Source: the human T2T-CHM13v2.0 reference genome, Homo sapiens. From it: a stretch of 64,000 nt of DNA. The DNA lies in NCBI RefSeq assembly GCF_009914755.1, contig NC_060942.1; one strand, 5' to 3'. The notes beneath the pieces are model-generated. The model did not search any database, had not been told where the DNA came from, and saw nothing but the letters and a program-made list of their open reading frames with translations. Shown here in pieces: positions 29,243-43,300 of this stretch (position 1 is the stretch's first letter; the number at the start of each line of letters is the position of its first letter). A program made the translations under genes and the position numbers.

Positions 29243-29349
29243 ACAATCATTTTTCTTTAAGTATTCTATCTTACTTCCTTTAAGGACAAGTTTCAAAAGG
29301 GCTAGTCTAACAAATTAACTAGATAAAAACACACACACATGAAAATATT

Positions 29350-30060
29350 TCCAGCCTTTCTAAGTGATGCGGGTATGTTTTTCCTCTTCTTGTTAGCTTC
29401 TTTGTTCTCACTTCTTGAAGATTTTTAGGTGACTACCGCTAAGCTTTGGGGTTTTTGGGGTTTTATTCATTTTCTTCTTCTCACCCCTTGATCACCTGTT
29501 TTAGCAGGATCCTGATTTCTTTTGTATTTCTTCATTCTCCCCTGGGAAATTTGTGTCTGTGTCTGACATCTGTCCCCAACCACCTCCTCCTTTGTGAACA
29601 CTGGGGTGAAAATTTCATTTATTTTTTAGCAGTGTCTCCATCGTCCGTCAATACATTACCCTTTCTCTGTCTTCCAGGCTTGACAAACCACTTTTCAGGC
29701 CCCTTCTTCAGGTACTTTGAGAAACAGCTCATTATTATTTATCATGATCTCATCGGTAATCTTTCTTCTTTTTGGCACTCTTAATTTGGGGATGTTTTCT
29801 GATATTCTCAACATCTTCCTGTAATCATGCCAGTCTCCTCTATAACACTTGATGTCAACTGTGCCTCTTTCTTCGTAAGTAATTGCTCTGTGCTCTCCAG
29901 TTTTCCATCCTGTTAGCCTGATAGCTGGAAATTTCTTACTGTGTGTCTATTCTTACACAGCATAACTTTGGGGTGTCTGTTTATTGGATTTATGTCTGAA
30001 TACGCATGCCTGTTTCCATTCTGGGTGCTTTTTCCTTCACTACTTGCTCCTTTCCCCCTT
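29350..30060 (-). mobile_element. Ancient CR1/L3-type LINE ORF2 remnant
   Basis: Minus strand GCTAAAAAATAAATGAAATTTTCACCCCAGTGTTCACAAAGGAGGAG approximates, with a frameshift, the CR1 motif A-x-x-LN-x-FF-x-SVFT-x-E. An upstream NN-x-LF-x-KY-like segment is also present, and the local A/T skew reverses. Confidence 0.55.
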
Positions 30061-32949
30061 CCCCCCTTATTCTTCTTTATAAGGTCTAACCATCAAGGCC
30101 AACTTTTACATTTTGTTTTGAGGGATAAAAAGGCTGTGGTTCTGCCTACACATGGCCTGCATTTCTCAGTGTTTGAATTAATGGCTCAGATAATATTTGC
30201 TATGAAAAGCATCATTTGATGACCAAATCCAGTGCAACAATCCATTAGGTCCAAACTCATATGTGTGCTCCAAATTTGCATAACCAAATCAAGCTTCCTT
30301 GCTCTTTCTTTCTCTTCTCTTGTTTGACCACAGACTTGCTGAAGCTTCTAGCTGGATTATCACATGCTCTTAAAATACTCTCCCATTCTCCACTTCCAAT
30401 CATATCCTTTGTTTCAGATAAAACTTAATCAACAGGGGTTTTATGTAAGTTTCCATTTGTACATAATGATAAATAGTTTAAGCTATATTCAGTACATTCA
30501 CGATCACTATTTTTCTTTCTTTAACATACGCAGATAAATCACATTCTATCCACCCTATTATTTCCCATGATTATGTCCATGTTCTGGCAGTCTTTACTAT
30601 CTGAGAGACAGAATTTAACTCCTTTCCCACTACAATTTTTGTAACCTTTAATTATTAACCAATATTAGCTTTTCTCAAATTTAAACAATACAAAATAGAA
30701 CAGCTTGAGCTAGATGGTAGATACCACCCAGTAAATTTGTTATTTTCATTATAATGAATAAAAATAGTAAAATAAGTACTACTACATATTATATATAAAG
30801 TAACATATGTATTACATAATCGTATAATAAGTAAGATACAGAAGGATTTTGCTCCTTCAATGTGGATTAGACTAAGGGTGCTACAAAGCAATATTGAGTA
30901 ATATAGTCACAAATCAGTGGAAACTCTTCAGCAGGCCACAGCATAGTGTGCATTTGTGTGCTGCCCTATTCTCCAAAAAGAACGTTGTCATACCCATTTT
31001 AAATAAATGGGAAGTCAACTGAAACTGACTTCTCTAGGATCACTAAGAAATCGCGGTGATCCAGTCCCATGCGCTAATTGGTAATGCTTTTAAGCACATT
31101 TCACTGGATTTTCTTATAGCACTAATGTTTCTCCACTGACACAACTTAGCAGGCAATGTATTTACAGAACTATAATAGCCTGAAAAGAATTAACAATGAA
31201 CAATGTGCAAAATAGTCCATTACAAGCTTACACTTTAAACAAGCACTTACAATGAAGATTAAAAAAACAAAAAACAAACAAACAAAAAAACTATCTTGGC
31301 TATTGGGTCATTTTCCAGGCTACTAACTGCTAAACCATGTGCAGAACGTGCTTCCAATTTAACCATCCAGATTTTCTAAAAAGGCAGATAGCTTTGCTCT
31401 GCAGGCAGAATCAAGTTGGTCTTCAATTTGATTTTTAAAACAAAGCAGTTCTACAGAAAACCACTAAGCTTTTGCTACAAATGATCAGAAAAAGAATGAA
31501 AAGGGGAAGTAGGTTTTATTTTAAAGACCCCAATTTGTCCATCCATGTAAATGAAAAATATAACTTTATTTTATTTTCAAAAAGGGTGACAGAGAAATAA
31601 ATTCTACAGCCCCATCAGTTTCTAAGGATTATTGGCCACAAGTCTCGGCTCTTCTGAGACATAGCATTGGCAATGGGTGCCAATGCAAAAAATAACACAT
31701 AGGAAGTCAGGATGATTTTTAAAAGCTACAGAGAAAATCTGCAGTGCTTCCTAACTAATAAAGCACCTCTCAGGTCTTATAAATAATTGGATACAATGAA
31801 ATCTGAGATCTCAGAATGCATAGCTTCCCTCTTCCGTCACACCGGATCAAAACCCATATACAAGGAAATGACCGGAACAGAAGCCAGGTGCATAGAAGAA
31901 CTTTTGCATTTCCACAAACGTGCAAAGAACTTTATCACAGTACAGAATGAACACATGAAGCTCTGCACCCTTCTGCAGCTCTAGGTTGTAACCAGCCCAG
32001 AGTCTACAGAAATCCTACACACTGGTATAAATGAACCAAGATGGACTAGCTTTTTAAATATACCATTCGTACTTCTTGTGGGTGTGACCAAACAGAGGAA
32101 GCTGAAAATGGTTTGTCCAGTGGGAAGTCTGTAGCTGCAAAGTGTGCTGATGACCCTGCTGGCTTGTCACCATTGTGACGTTTACTATAAAAACAAGTCA
32201 GGTTCATCTAACCTTGGTTCGGGTCAACCTGGACCTTGTATGGGGTCCCATTGCTTGGTTTTAAAACAGGTTGTTGGATACTAATCTATGCCCTTCCTCT
32301 GAGTATGCCTAGCTGTCAGGTTACTGTCCAACAATGGAAACCTGTTCTTAAAACTCCCCTGTGAGCTCACACATCACCCTCCAGATAGCTTGTTTATCAC
32401 AAGAATCATGTTCCTGAAAATTTGCCATGAGTCTAATTTTCATAGTCTAATATGGGCATTCCTTGGCAAGCGGTTTGTAAAGCAAACAGTTACCTCTCAA
32501 TCTATCATTAGTGTTAACCCGAATTTTCACATAACCTTCAGCACCTGTATTGAGTAGCTGGCTCACTTTGGAATTTTCTGCCTTAAAATTAGGTGTAGGT
32601 AAAGAGACATATTTTCAGGTAATTTTAAGCTTTTGTTGTTGTTGTTCTTGTTTTAGTTCTTTTCTCAAGAGACCCAACAAGGTAGCCAGTTAACTATCAG
32701 TCAATGGCAAATTTAGTAATCATCATATCCTATCTATTGCCTGGTAAATTTGGGTTCATCACACAACTCAAAATCAAGAACCACATTTCCTTCTTCCATT
32801 CGTCACAGATGAACCACTTGCCTTAAACTTTCTCTCCAGAAAGAGATACTGAAAGTATTCCAGAAAGAATACTGAGAGAAAGGATCCACAATCACAAAAA
32901 TAGCGCCATTAACTCCTTATATGCCCTACAATAGTAACAGGGAAAAATT

Positions 32950-33160
32950 ACTGAGTGTTGATGATGTTCTGGGGATTCCTCTATGCATTATACATGCATT
33001 ACCTCATTTACTTCACCCAACAATCCCAACAGATGGATTTTATAATATCTTCAACACAGAGATGAGGAAACTGTGACTCAGAGAAAGCAACTTAGATGTC
33101 ACCCAGGTAGTAAAGGGTGGGCAGAGCCAGGATATAAATCCAAGAGTTTGCATTCCTAAG
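32950..33160 (-). mobile_element. MIR SINE
   Basis: TTACTGAGTG ... CTCATTTA ... ACAGAGATGAGGAAACTGTGACTCAGAGA ... GCAGAGCCAGGAT. Confidence 0.85.
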
Positions 33161-33379
33161 CATCACACCATCTCACTTCCTATATCAACAGAGTGAAAGG
33201 ACAGAATTATTGCACATTTGCAGACCAAAACCAACATGAAGAAATCAGACGAGGATACGTATTAAGTCCCATTCTACACAAAGATGTGGAAGCCCTGGAT
33301 GTAAAGCAATTAATGTTAAAAACACTTAATGATTTTAGTGGACCACAAGCTCCATTTTCAGTCAATGTTAAAATATGAA

Positions 33380-33755
33380 TGTATACATGGAATCTTAGAC
33401 TGCATTAACACTAAAAATGAGAGCAGATCCACTATTGATCAAACCAGATCTGGAATACTAGGGTAAGACTTGGATTCACCACTTGGAGGGAAAAAGAGAT
33501 GAACTAGAACACAGCAGAGGATGGTGACCGGGAATACAAGGTGTGATTAAACCATGTTCTACAATGTGTTGAAAGTTTTCCAGTTGCGCTTTTGAAGGAA
33601 GCCAAGATTAGCATCCTTCAAAACATGTGGAAAGAGAGACAATACACAATACTAGTTAGCTTCAGAGGGAAAAATGAGTATTTCAGGCTGACAGCTACAG
33701 AATTGAGAACTTTCTAAAAGTTAGAGCTGTCACAATGCAACAAATTGCCTTGTTG
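33380..33755 (+). mobile_element. CR1/L3 3' fragment
   Basis: ATCTTAGACTGCATTAA ... ATCAAACCAGATCTGGAATACT ... GAACTTTCTAAAAGTTAGAGCTGTC ... TGCCTTG. Confidence 0.65.
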
Positions 33756-33779
33756 GTGGTGGTTCATGTCTCTCTCTGG

Positions 33780-34365
33780 GGAACTTATCTATTCCCATGA
33801 CTTCAACTATGAAATATTAATATTGTGTGCCAAATCTGCAATCCCAAACCCAGAATCACAAATCTGTCCACCCACAGACATGTCAAAAATTCATTATTTC
33901 CAAAACTGAACTGACCACCTTAATCCCCCATGACCTACTTCTCCTCATATATTCTACATCTTAACAAATGGCACTGCCAACCACCAAGTGGCCCAAGCCA
34001 GACACCAAGAAGCCAAGGACGACCCCTGCCTTGCCCATCAGTTACCAAGTCCAACCATTTCCATCATTTTAATATCACTCAAATCCATCCTCCTCTTCAT
34101 CTTCATTGTTCCCAGTTCAGCTCAATCTCATCATTTCCTCTTGGAATTGCCTTAATCACCTCCTGAGTAATCTCCTTGCCCTCAAGTTGCCTCCTATTCA
34201 CAGTTGCTTGAGTGTCCTAAATCATAAATCATATCATGGTATCTCACTATTTAAAATCAATCCTTGAGTAGTTTACCACACGCTTCATTGAAAATCTGAC
34301 ATCTTCCACTCCTAAACACAAGAGACCCTTCATTTCTCTGGGGCCAGGATTGTATTCCAGCTTCA
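33780..34365 (+). mobile_element. L2 fragment, continuing after the THE1 insertion
   Basis: TCCCATGACTTCAACTA ... CCAAAACTGAACT ... AATGGCACTGCCAACCACCAAGTGGCCCAAGCCAGA. Confidence 0.7.
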
Positions 34366-34369
34366 CCTG

Positions 34370-34770
34370 TGTATTAGAGCATTTTTATACTGCTATGAAG
34401 AAATACCGGAGATGGTACAATTTATAGATTTTAATTATAATTTATAAATAATTATAATTTATAAAGAAAAGGGGGTTTAATGAACTCATAGTTTCACATG
34501 GCTGGGGAAGCCTCACAATCATGGTGGAAGGCGAAGAAGAAGCAAAAGCACGTCCTACATGGTGGGAGGCAAGATAGCATGTGCAGGCGAACTGGCCTTT
34601 ATAAAACCATCAGATCTCGTGAGATGTATTCACTATCACAAGAACAGCATGGGAAAAACCCACCCCCCATGATTCAATTGCCTCCCACCAGGTCCTTCCC
34701 ACAATATGTGGGGATTATGAGAGCTACAATTCAAGATGAGATTTGGGTGGGACACAGCCAAGCCATATCA
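34370..34770 (-). mobile_element. THE1 (ERVL-MaLR, THE1C/D-like) solo LTR
   Basis: TGTATTAG ... GCTGGGGAAGCCTCACAATCATGG ... GATTTGGGTGGGACACAGCCAAGCCATATCA, with 5-bp TSD ACCTG at 34365-34369 and 34771-34775. Confidence 0.95.
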
Positions 34771-35029
34771 ACCTGTCATCCCTTCCTCTGTGGTACTACA
34801 TCTCATAGTCATCTCACAGAATGACTTCAGTTCCAGTATTCCTATTACGTCTTCCAGCTCCCAAGGCTCTGCTCAAGCATCTCTACCAACTGGTAATTTT
34901 CTTTCCATCAGGATAGTTCTAACCAACTCACCTTTAAGATGAAGCTCAGGCATTACCACGTATATTATTAAGAAAATTCATGTTGATCCATACAATAGCC
35001 ATTCCTAACTCCCTCCTCCCTTGCCTGTC

Positions 35030-35505
35030 TCTTGAGTCAGAGACCCAACCATGGCTCTAAGAGTTCACATTCCAAGCTTCCCTTGCAGCTATGAGTAGAT
35101 GTCTGCTAGAGGTTTAGCCAATAAGTTGTTAGCAGAATCCTGCTCAAGGCCACCAGATTCTGGTAATGTTTTTCCCCCTTCCTGGATGGAATAGGATATA
35201 TGTAAGGATAAATGTTACCCTAACCTCTGCCTCCCCTGCCTCCTTTAGGGGACTCTAATGTGCTGTGTGAGGCTCAAGAGCCAGCTTGCAAGAAAGAAAT
35301 GCAAGAGGAGAGGAAAAAGCTGAAGAATGAAAATCAGCATGCTAAGGAGGGCAGAATGGGAAGAAAGAAACATTGATTTGCTGAACTCACACAGGCAACC
35401 TCCTGCCTCCAGACACCTCCTAAAATGAAGGGGAAAAACCCCTTTGTTTTACTAACCTACCATTGTTATCAGGTATTCTATTAGTTGCAGCTGAACCCAT
35501 GTTTA
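35030..35505. mobile_element. MLT1-type MaLR LTR remnant
   Basis: TCCCTTGCAGCTA ... TTAGCCAATAAG ... TTAGTTGCAGCTGAA resembles old MLT1 LTRs. Confidence 0.55.
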
Positions 35506-35554
35506 GCTGCTATTCCACCTCTGGGAATTCTTTCTAAATTCTCTACAAAGGAGG

Positions 35555-35800
35555 CAATGCAGTGGTGGGTAAGGACAAGGCTTTAGAGTTCAGCAGATCT
35601 TGCTTCAAATCTGGATTCTGCCACTTACCAGCTACACAACACTGGGCAAATAACCTAATCTCTCTGATTCTCAATTGCCTCCTTTGTAAAATGGTAATGA
35701 CAATGTCTAACAAAGAAGTTTATTATAAGGAGCAAGCAGGATAATATGTGTAAAGTACTTAGCAAGTGCCTGGTACACAGTGAGTACCCAAAAATCTTAG
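35555..35800 (+). mobile_element. MIR SINE
   Basis: GGCTTTAGAGT ... TTCAAATCTGGATTCTGCCACTTAC ... GTAAAATGG ... AGTGCCTGGTACACAGTGAG. Confidence 0.85.
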
Positions 35801-35803
35801 CCA

Positions 35804-36120
35804 GGCCAGGCGCGGTGACTCACGCCTGTAATCCCAGTACTTTGGGAGGCCGAGGCAGGCGGATCACTAGGTCAGGAGATGGAGACCATCCTGGCTAACA
35901 CGGTGAAACCCTGTCTCTACTAAAAACACACAAAAAATTAGCTGGGCGTGGTGGTAGATGCCTGTAGTCCCAGATACTCAGGAGGCTAAGGCAGGAGAAT
36001 GGCGTGAACCCAGGAGGTGGAGCTAGCAGTGAGCGGAGATCGCGCCACTGCATGCTAGCCTGGGGACAGAGCGAGACTCTGTCTCAAAAAAAAAAAAAAA
36101 AGGAAAAAAAGAAAAAAAAA
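35804..36120 (+). mobile_element. AluY
   Basis: ACCATCCTGGCTAACACGG and GAATGGCGTGAACC; TSD AAAAATCTTAGCCA at 35790 and 36116. Confidence 0.97.
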
Positions 36121-36129
36121 TCTTAGCCA

Positions 36130-36411
36130 AGCCGGACACAGTGGCTCACACTTGTAATCTTTGGGAGGCTAAGGCAGGATGACTGCTTGAGGCTAGAGGT
36201 TCCAGAGTAGCCTGTGCAACAGAGCGAGACCTTGTCTCTACAAAAAATAAAAATAGAAAAAATTAGCCAGGTGTGGTGGCACGTGCCCACAGTCCCTGCC
36301 ACCAGGAGGCCAAGGAGGGAAGATCTTAAGCCCAGAAGTTTGAAGCTGCAGTAAGCACCCCTGCACTCCAGCCTGAAGGACGGGGTGAGACCGTCTCAAA
36401 AAAAAAAAAAA
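36130..36411 (+). mobile_element. Alu (AluJ-like, with small deletions)
   Basis: Diverged dimer directly following the AluY TSD. Confidence 0.92.
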
Positions 36412-39400
36412 TTAGACATTATTATGAGGAAGCTGATGGTGGAGTATCCCTGATATGTATGCAACAACACCCTGGGAACACATGGATTATTTCCCCAACT
36501 CTCTGAATTGTAATTATCTGATATCTACCTGATTCTTTTATTAGGATGTGGGCCAAGTTGAAAGCAAGAAAAGTAGCATGCCACTATCTAGTACCTAACA
36601 TAGGGCTTGCAGATCACCAGCTTTCCAAAAGTACTTGCTGGGTGAATGACTGTACGAACCAAAGACTCATTTGAGTATTGAAGTTTATCATTTTGGGCAG
36701 CTTCTAGAATAAATGGAATTTATATAAATGGCTTTAAAAAATACATATACTGAGGACCATATGATTGCAGACATATCGATAACATGTTAATTTTATTTAT
36801 CAAGCAGCCAATGAAACTTTTAAAGCAGTAAGATAGTCTGCTTTGCTTTCACAAATATATCATTTGCCCTTTCCCTCACTGCTGTAAGGGAGCACTTCCT
36901 CTATGTCTGAAAATGAAGACAGCTAAGATATGAAGTGTAAAAACTGCTTATGATACAACCAAAGCCAAAAACTGAACTTGGGATCTATGTTTCATCTTCT
37001 CTACCCCTTCCAACGTAGCCACTAGAAAAGGCTTTCGCTCTGAATATTTACTTGTGATGAACTTATAAAATGAACAACCCTATTGTTTTGTGGGGGGATG
37101 ATGTGGGGGGGGGAGGTGGCTTCTTTGACAAGTAAACTGTATCTGAATATTAGAATGCACTAAAATATTGTTTCTATGCAGTGTTTTGCCACCTACAGTC
37201 AAACCCATACAAAATACTATTGTCTAGGAACGCTCTCTAAATGTGACTGCTAAAATGTCACCTAATCACAGTGACCATGGAAAATAATATTTGTTATAAA
37301 AACCAGTCCTCCTTTCATCATAAAGGTTTTTCACGTGTAGTGGGAGCACTTTATTTTTCTACAGGCGGGAATATTCCCTCACAGTAAGGAAAGGTGATCT
37401 GCTCTGATAAAACTTTAACAGGTGCTGAAATTTATATATTCTATTACAGCCTTACAAGCCTACACCAATTATTAATTATCCGCCTAAATGTATACTACTT
37501 TACACATCCTGCTCTTTAACTAGAACACTCAGAAAATCCATTGTACGTTGCCTGACTAACGGACCATGTCTTGAACGGCTAAATGGCCTAGCAAATGCAA
37601 AGATTTTCCCATATGTACACTTTACAGTGTTAATGTAGACCCACTGCCTACACAAACCAACTGCATTTCCACAACCACATTCCACCTTGAGGAACACAGG
37701 TGACTTAGGGGAGGCATCTATCTGTGGACAATATCAGCAGATTAGAGACAGTTTATAGAGCAGCTTCTCTAAAGTGCTTGCAAGCAACATTACCGTGTAG
37801 TTACTACAGTTGTAGAGATAGTGAGTACTCTCTCTTATTCTGCTCTGTGAATATTTCAAAGAAGTCACATAGAGGCTTTTTATGCCAGAGCAGGTGTGAA
37901 CTCAATTCCACTCTTAAACTAGTATCAGCTCAGCTGAGAGAACAGCCGTAAATTTTTATTTCAGAACCAAATGAAACTCATGAGGGTAAGGGGCAAAATC
38001 TCATTAACTATTAAAATGTCTTGAAAAGACTGGGAGAAGGCAGCTTCTTTTATTCTCAATTGGTGTTCAAACTATACCTACGACTTTGCGAAAAATGGAA
38101 AATGTAATCACACAAAAGTATGTCTATTTAGAACTGTTTTATTTCAGGAGAAACAAAAAAATTCAGAGAGCTCTCCCACCCTCTCCTGGCCACATCTCCA
38201 TGAGTTAGGTCAGTAACAGAAGCAAGGAAACTGAGATTAAAATGAAAAACAGCTTGTTCAAAATCACACAAAGATCATTTCGTAAACTATTGTGTACCAG
38301 GTTGGGTTTTTTTTTCCTGGTTTTTCTCTAGCTAACAGGGATCATCCACAGCTACTGAGGCGGTCTGCCAAGATATTTAAGATCTGTGCTCACTGCATCT
38401 CAATTTCCAAATAATATTTGTAAGACCATCAATAAATAAGGAAAAAAACTTAAGCATGAAAAAACATACACACCATATAAAGTATGAATTTAATCCTGTC
38501 AGTAGACCAATTGTTAAAGCTTTCAAAAACACGGATATTAGGCTCATTTCCAATTACTCTGAAAGTTCTGAAGGAGACAGGGTCACTAATAAATTTTCTT
38601 CCATGATTTGGTATTGCCCAATTAAGTGCAATCAGTTACACATAAAGAGTTTATGCTTATATTTGAAGCATTCAGATTTGGCTACTGAGCTGTTAAGAGT
38701 ACAGCTTGGTCTGAATAGCCAAGGTGAGGAAAAGGCACGGCCAGTCAGTAACCTAGTAATTTCGAGACTCAGAAAGCCAAGCCAATGCTGATAATACAAA
38801 GCTAGAAAATCTTACTTTGTGATCTATCGCTCTAAAATTAGCTTTATATGTGTCTCCTTTTCTCTTATCCTTCAATTTTTCTGTCTCCCCCTTCTCCACC
38901 AAATGTTATCAGATATTACACACTTTCTATTTTCATTCAGCTTTAATATGGCCCACGAGGGGGTGGCATTTAATTAATCACTTCCACGTTCTGCCAGAAT
39001 TCACTACATGATGCTCAAGTTAGCATATCACTTTTGCCAAGCTGATCGGACCCAATGAACAGAAAAACAGACTAGATAACATAATAGTAGGTGTAATAAT
39101 AATTTGCATTAACTGAATTTTAGGGCCAGGTGGCTTTACGTTATTTCTTTTAAACACAGGGCAACTACTTAGATGAGAAATTTCATCACAGTGCTAAAGA
39201 AACTTGCCCAAGGTCACAGAACTGGAGAGTGGTGAGCTGGTGCTCACAGCAATGCCCAGCTGACCACAGTGCTCTGCTAGGTCCACCATCCACCACTTCC
39301 CCCATGTTAGTTCTCTTGTGGCATTTTCAACCTACGTGAAAGCTTTAAATGTTTTATCTTAAACATAAACAATATAACCAGCTGTATTTTATACTACTTT

Positions 39401-39675
39401 CAAATGATGCTTCCTTGCAATTTTTCCTATTAATAAATGTGTCAAGGAATTAAGGAGTGATTAATAAGCAATCATCAAGAAGATGAAAAATGTTCGAGCT
39501 GTGTCTATTAACCACTTAGAAATAAATTTAATTTAATCTCAACCTATGCTCCATATATTTTGCAATTGTTAGTTCCTAGGCCTCATATTCCGCAAAAGAA
39601 AAGAAAATGAGATCCACTGAACACCTCCTTTTACTCAAAACAAAACATGTTTCCTTCGGATTCAAAAACTCTTAA

Positions 39676-39802
39676 GAGTAAGGGGAATGAGAGAATAATC
39701 CAATACAGAGGCAACATTCTATACCAAGCGTCTGTGGAGTAAAGGGAATGAGAGAATAATCCCATATACAGAGGCAACATTCTATACCAAGCATCTGTGG
39801 AG
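39676..39802. repeat. Tandem duplication, ~61-bp unit, two copies
   Basis: GAGTAA(G/A)GGGAATGAGAGAATAATCC...ATACAGAGGCAACATTCTATACCAAGC(G/A)TCTGTG at 39676 and 39737. Confidence 0.95.
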
Positions 39803-40958
39803 AAGAAAGAAATGAAGTGGAATAGGACTGTCTCCAAAACATTCCCAAGAATATGGAAGGTATTTGTAAAACTATCTCCTTGATGAAAACCATGGTACCT
39901 TGTAGTGACTCCATTATTCAGATGACCTACAACACAGGCAAAGAAATCTGCATTTGTCAGTGGGTTCTCCCTAGTCTCACCACTCAAACACCACACCAGG
40001 GTGTTCTTGGCCTTGTGTTTAAAGATGAAACTTGAGAACATTTAAAATGGAGAGAAACATGGCTGTAGGCAAATATTTCACAAAAGGGAGCATCTGAATC
40101 CAACACAGCTGTCCCCAAAGAGGTACTTATTTTATAGGATTACTGTTTTGTGGACTGGCTAAAAAAGAAGCCTTTTCATTTTGGTCTTGATGTTTACAGA
40201 AGTGAACATTCTATACTACCTCCACCTGCTCCTGCCTTCTGTTCCAATCTCTTTAGAAGGTATAGGTATTTTAAAATTGCTACCACCCAAAACCCCAAAG
40301 TCTATAGATTTTTCCATTCATTACCCAGACGAAAATGACAGATGACCAGTGGTTAGCCTTGCAATGCCCTAACAGTTACACAGCAGAGCACAGTGATTAC
40401 AAAGTGTATCACATCACCACATCTTTCTCAGTGAGCCTGGGAGGGGTGGGCCAGGCTGGCATCCCTGTCCTCACCTGGGAAACCAGAAAACGGGGGCTCT
40501 GAGGAAATTTGCCCAATGTCCCATCACCCATCACTAGGAAGTGAAAAGCCAAGAATTATGCTGAAGTGACCCCTGAAGACCTAGAATCCACTGTCCCATG
40601 ACACCCTGTAAGATGTGCACTGCTCAAAACAGCTCCTTTGCTTCTTTGGTTCTAAGAATATATAATGTGAACAAAGAAAGCAGTCTTATTTTTATTGAGG
40701 ATGAATACAGCACTTAAGGTGGACACAGAAGTTTCAAGGATGTGAGGTTCAGGATTCCCTAACTATACTGATGTTATTCTCCTGAAGCCATGGAGTAATG
40801 AGAGGTTTGAGAAACACAAAGTGTTTAATCGCAACCCCGCCACCCAAGATCCAGTCCAGAAGTAGGGTACTGGTTAATACTGTCACAGACACATTTTAAG
40901 TATAGGGCTTATGCAAAATTCAGAGAAACCATCTTCCCAAGGAAAGACTTAGAGAATT

Positions 40959-41150
40959 GGCTGGGCACAGTGGCTCACACCTGTAATCCCAGAACTTTGG
41001 GAGGCTAAAGCGGGAGGATCACTTGAGCCTAGGTGTTTGAAGATGCAGTGAGCTATAATCATGTCACTGTACTCCAGCCTGGGTGACAGAGTGAGATTCT
41101 GTGTCTAAAAAGAAAGTAAGTAAATAAAAACATGAAAATAAATAAAAATG
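40959..41150 (+). mobile_element. Monomeric Alu (FRAM/FAM-like, or arm-recombined Alu)
   Basis: A single arm running from GGCTGGGCACAGTGG to CCAGCCTGGGTGACAGAGTGAGA with a degenerate A tail. Confidence 0.9.
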
Positions 41151-42249
41151 TAAAAACCTAGAGAAAAACTTTTTCTACTAAATAAAAGCAGCACTGTTTA
41201 TTTCACATCCTGGTTACCTTTAATGATAGATGGTCCTTCCCCCTGCCTCTGTTCCAATGGGTCTGATTCATGACATGAGACTGTTCAATAGGGTTGGGAA
41301 ACTTCTGGACAAAAGTTGGATCCAGCTCTCACCATTTCATCCAGTCTTGGCATGTTGTCTAAAACTAAATGTCTTTTGGCTGCACCTAATCCTCCACATT
41401 AAAAATCAACAACTGCAATTGTGTACATATTAAAAGAAAATAGAGGGTTTTCTCCCCTAGGCAGTAGGCATTCTTGTCTGACTGTTTCATGGTGACATGG
41501 CAGGTTGCTGGAGGTAAGTTCCCTGGAAACTGTTTGGGCAATGGTCCAGGAGAAAGATCTTTGTCTGTCACTTGTAGCAGCATGTCCCAGGGACGTGCTC
41601 CAGGGTGCCAGGCCTGCTCTGGATGGGTGCAGCAGGAGACACTGGGAGTAAAGCCTGGCCTTTGGCTCTGCCAAAGACCACCCAGGGGACTGGAGAAAAG
41701 AGTGGTTGGTGGCTGGAGCTACAGGCCTGTTGCGTGACAAGGGTGCCCTGGACAGGCTGGCAGAAAGTCAAGCCAGAGACCTAAAAGAGAAGGTCCTGGG
41801 GAAAGCAAAGGTAAGGAGAGCTGGCTTTGGCTGGTTGCTGCCTTGCTCAAGGGCTTAGGACAATGAAGACACAGGCCTTGAAGGTGAGATGCAAACAGCA
41901 GACCTCACGCTCCTTCCCATGCAAGACGCTCATGCCTGTACTTTCTCCATCTTCCTCTTTACAGTATCTTTTTTCCTACTCCATCTTCCTCTCTAATTTG
42001 CTGACCAGAAATTAGAGCTGAGACATCTTTTTATATATTTTTATTACATGAAAGTTAAGGCCTTGTTCTTAATTTTCAAAATTATTAAATAGAAAATTAT
42101 ATATTTTTCTCTTTAAAAAATTAAAGTGTGAATTGAACACTGCAAGTTAGTAAGCCCAGTATGAGTCCCAAACTTGCTTCTCTCCTGTCTATTTCCCAGG
42201 CTGCATTCCCAGCCCTGCCCCAACCTCTGCAGCTGGAGATGGCCTGGGT

Positions 42250-42530
42250 TATGGGGAAGCAGTGTGGTGGGGAGACACCACTCAACTCACCCTTCCCCTT
42301 CTTTCTGCATCAAACCTGAACTTGACACAAGAAGCTGTGACCCCCCATCTTTAGACAATGAGGGGAAGGACAAAAGAATCACAGAGCCACCAGCCCTGAC
42401 ATCACTGAGCTGCAAACCACTTCCAGCAGGGACCTACCACCAGATTTCTAGAATGAGAAAAATTATTCTTAAGCCATCATTAGTCACATTTTCCATTACT
42501 TCGAAGCAAAAGCATTCCTACCTGATACAA
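42250..42530. mobile_element. MLT1-type LTR remnant
   Basis: Ends TTAAGCCATCATTAGT ... TTACTTCGAAGCAAAAGCATTCCTACCTGATACA, typical of an MLT1 terminus. Confidence 0.65.
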
Positions 42531-42894
42531 ATTGCTTTTTACTTTTATGTGAAGCTTAAATGATTTATCTTCTCTTTGGGTCAATAACTTTCTATGTGAG
42601 AAATCTTCCCCTGGTATTTAGAAGGTCTATACATCTCTGTTGGCCATAGTTTTCAAGTAACATTTTTCTGTTTAGAAATTCTTCTAAATGTTATACGACT
42701 TGGATTAGTAAACCTAGTTGGACTCTAAAAGTGTTTGAGGACCACAGCATTAGCTGTGCTATATCACAGAGTAGGCCGGAAAGGAAACAAGACCAATGAG
42801 AGAAGAATGGAAATGTCCTCTGACTGGACAAAAGGAAATCAGTTATCTTAGCTCAATACCAGAAACGCAACTTTTTTCAATGGCCTTTCAAATT

Positions 42895-43300
<406 letters not shown>

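Noticed and set aside
34420-34465. AT-rich stutter inside the THE1 LTR
   Set aside because: Simple slippage expansion of TAATTTATAAA.
34498-34824. 108-aa ORF MAGEASQSWWK...
   Set aside because: Standard spurious translation of a THE1 LTR.
39631-40041. 136-aa ORF with an internal peptide repeat
   Set aside because: Explained by the 61-bp DNA duplication; no domain or coding signature.
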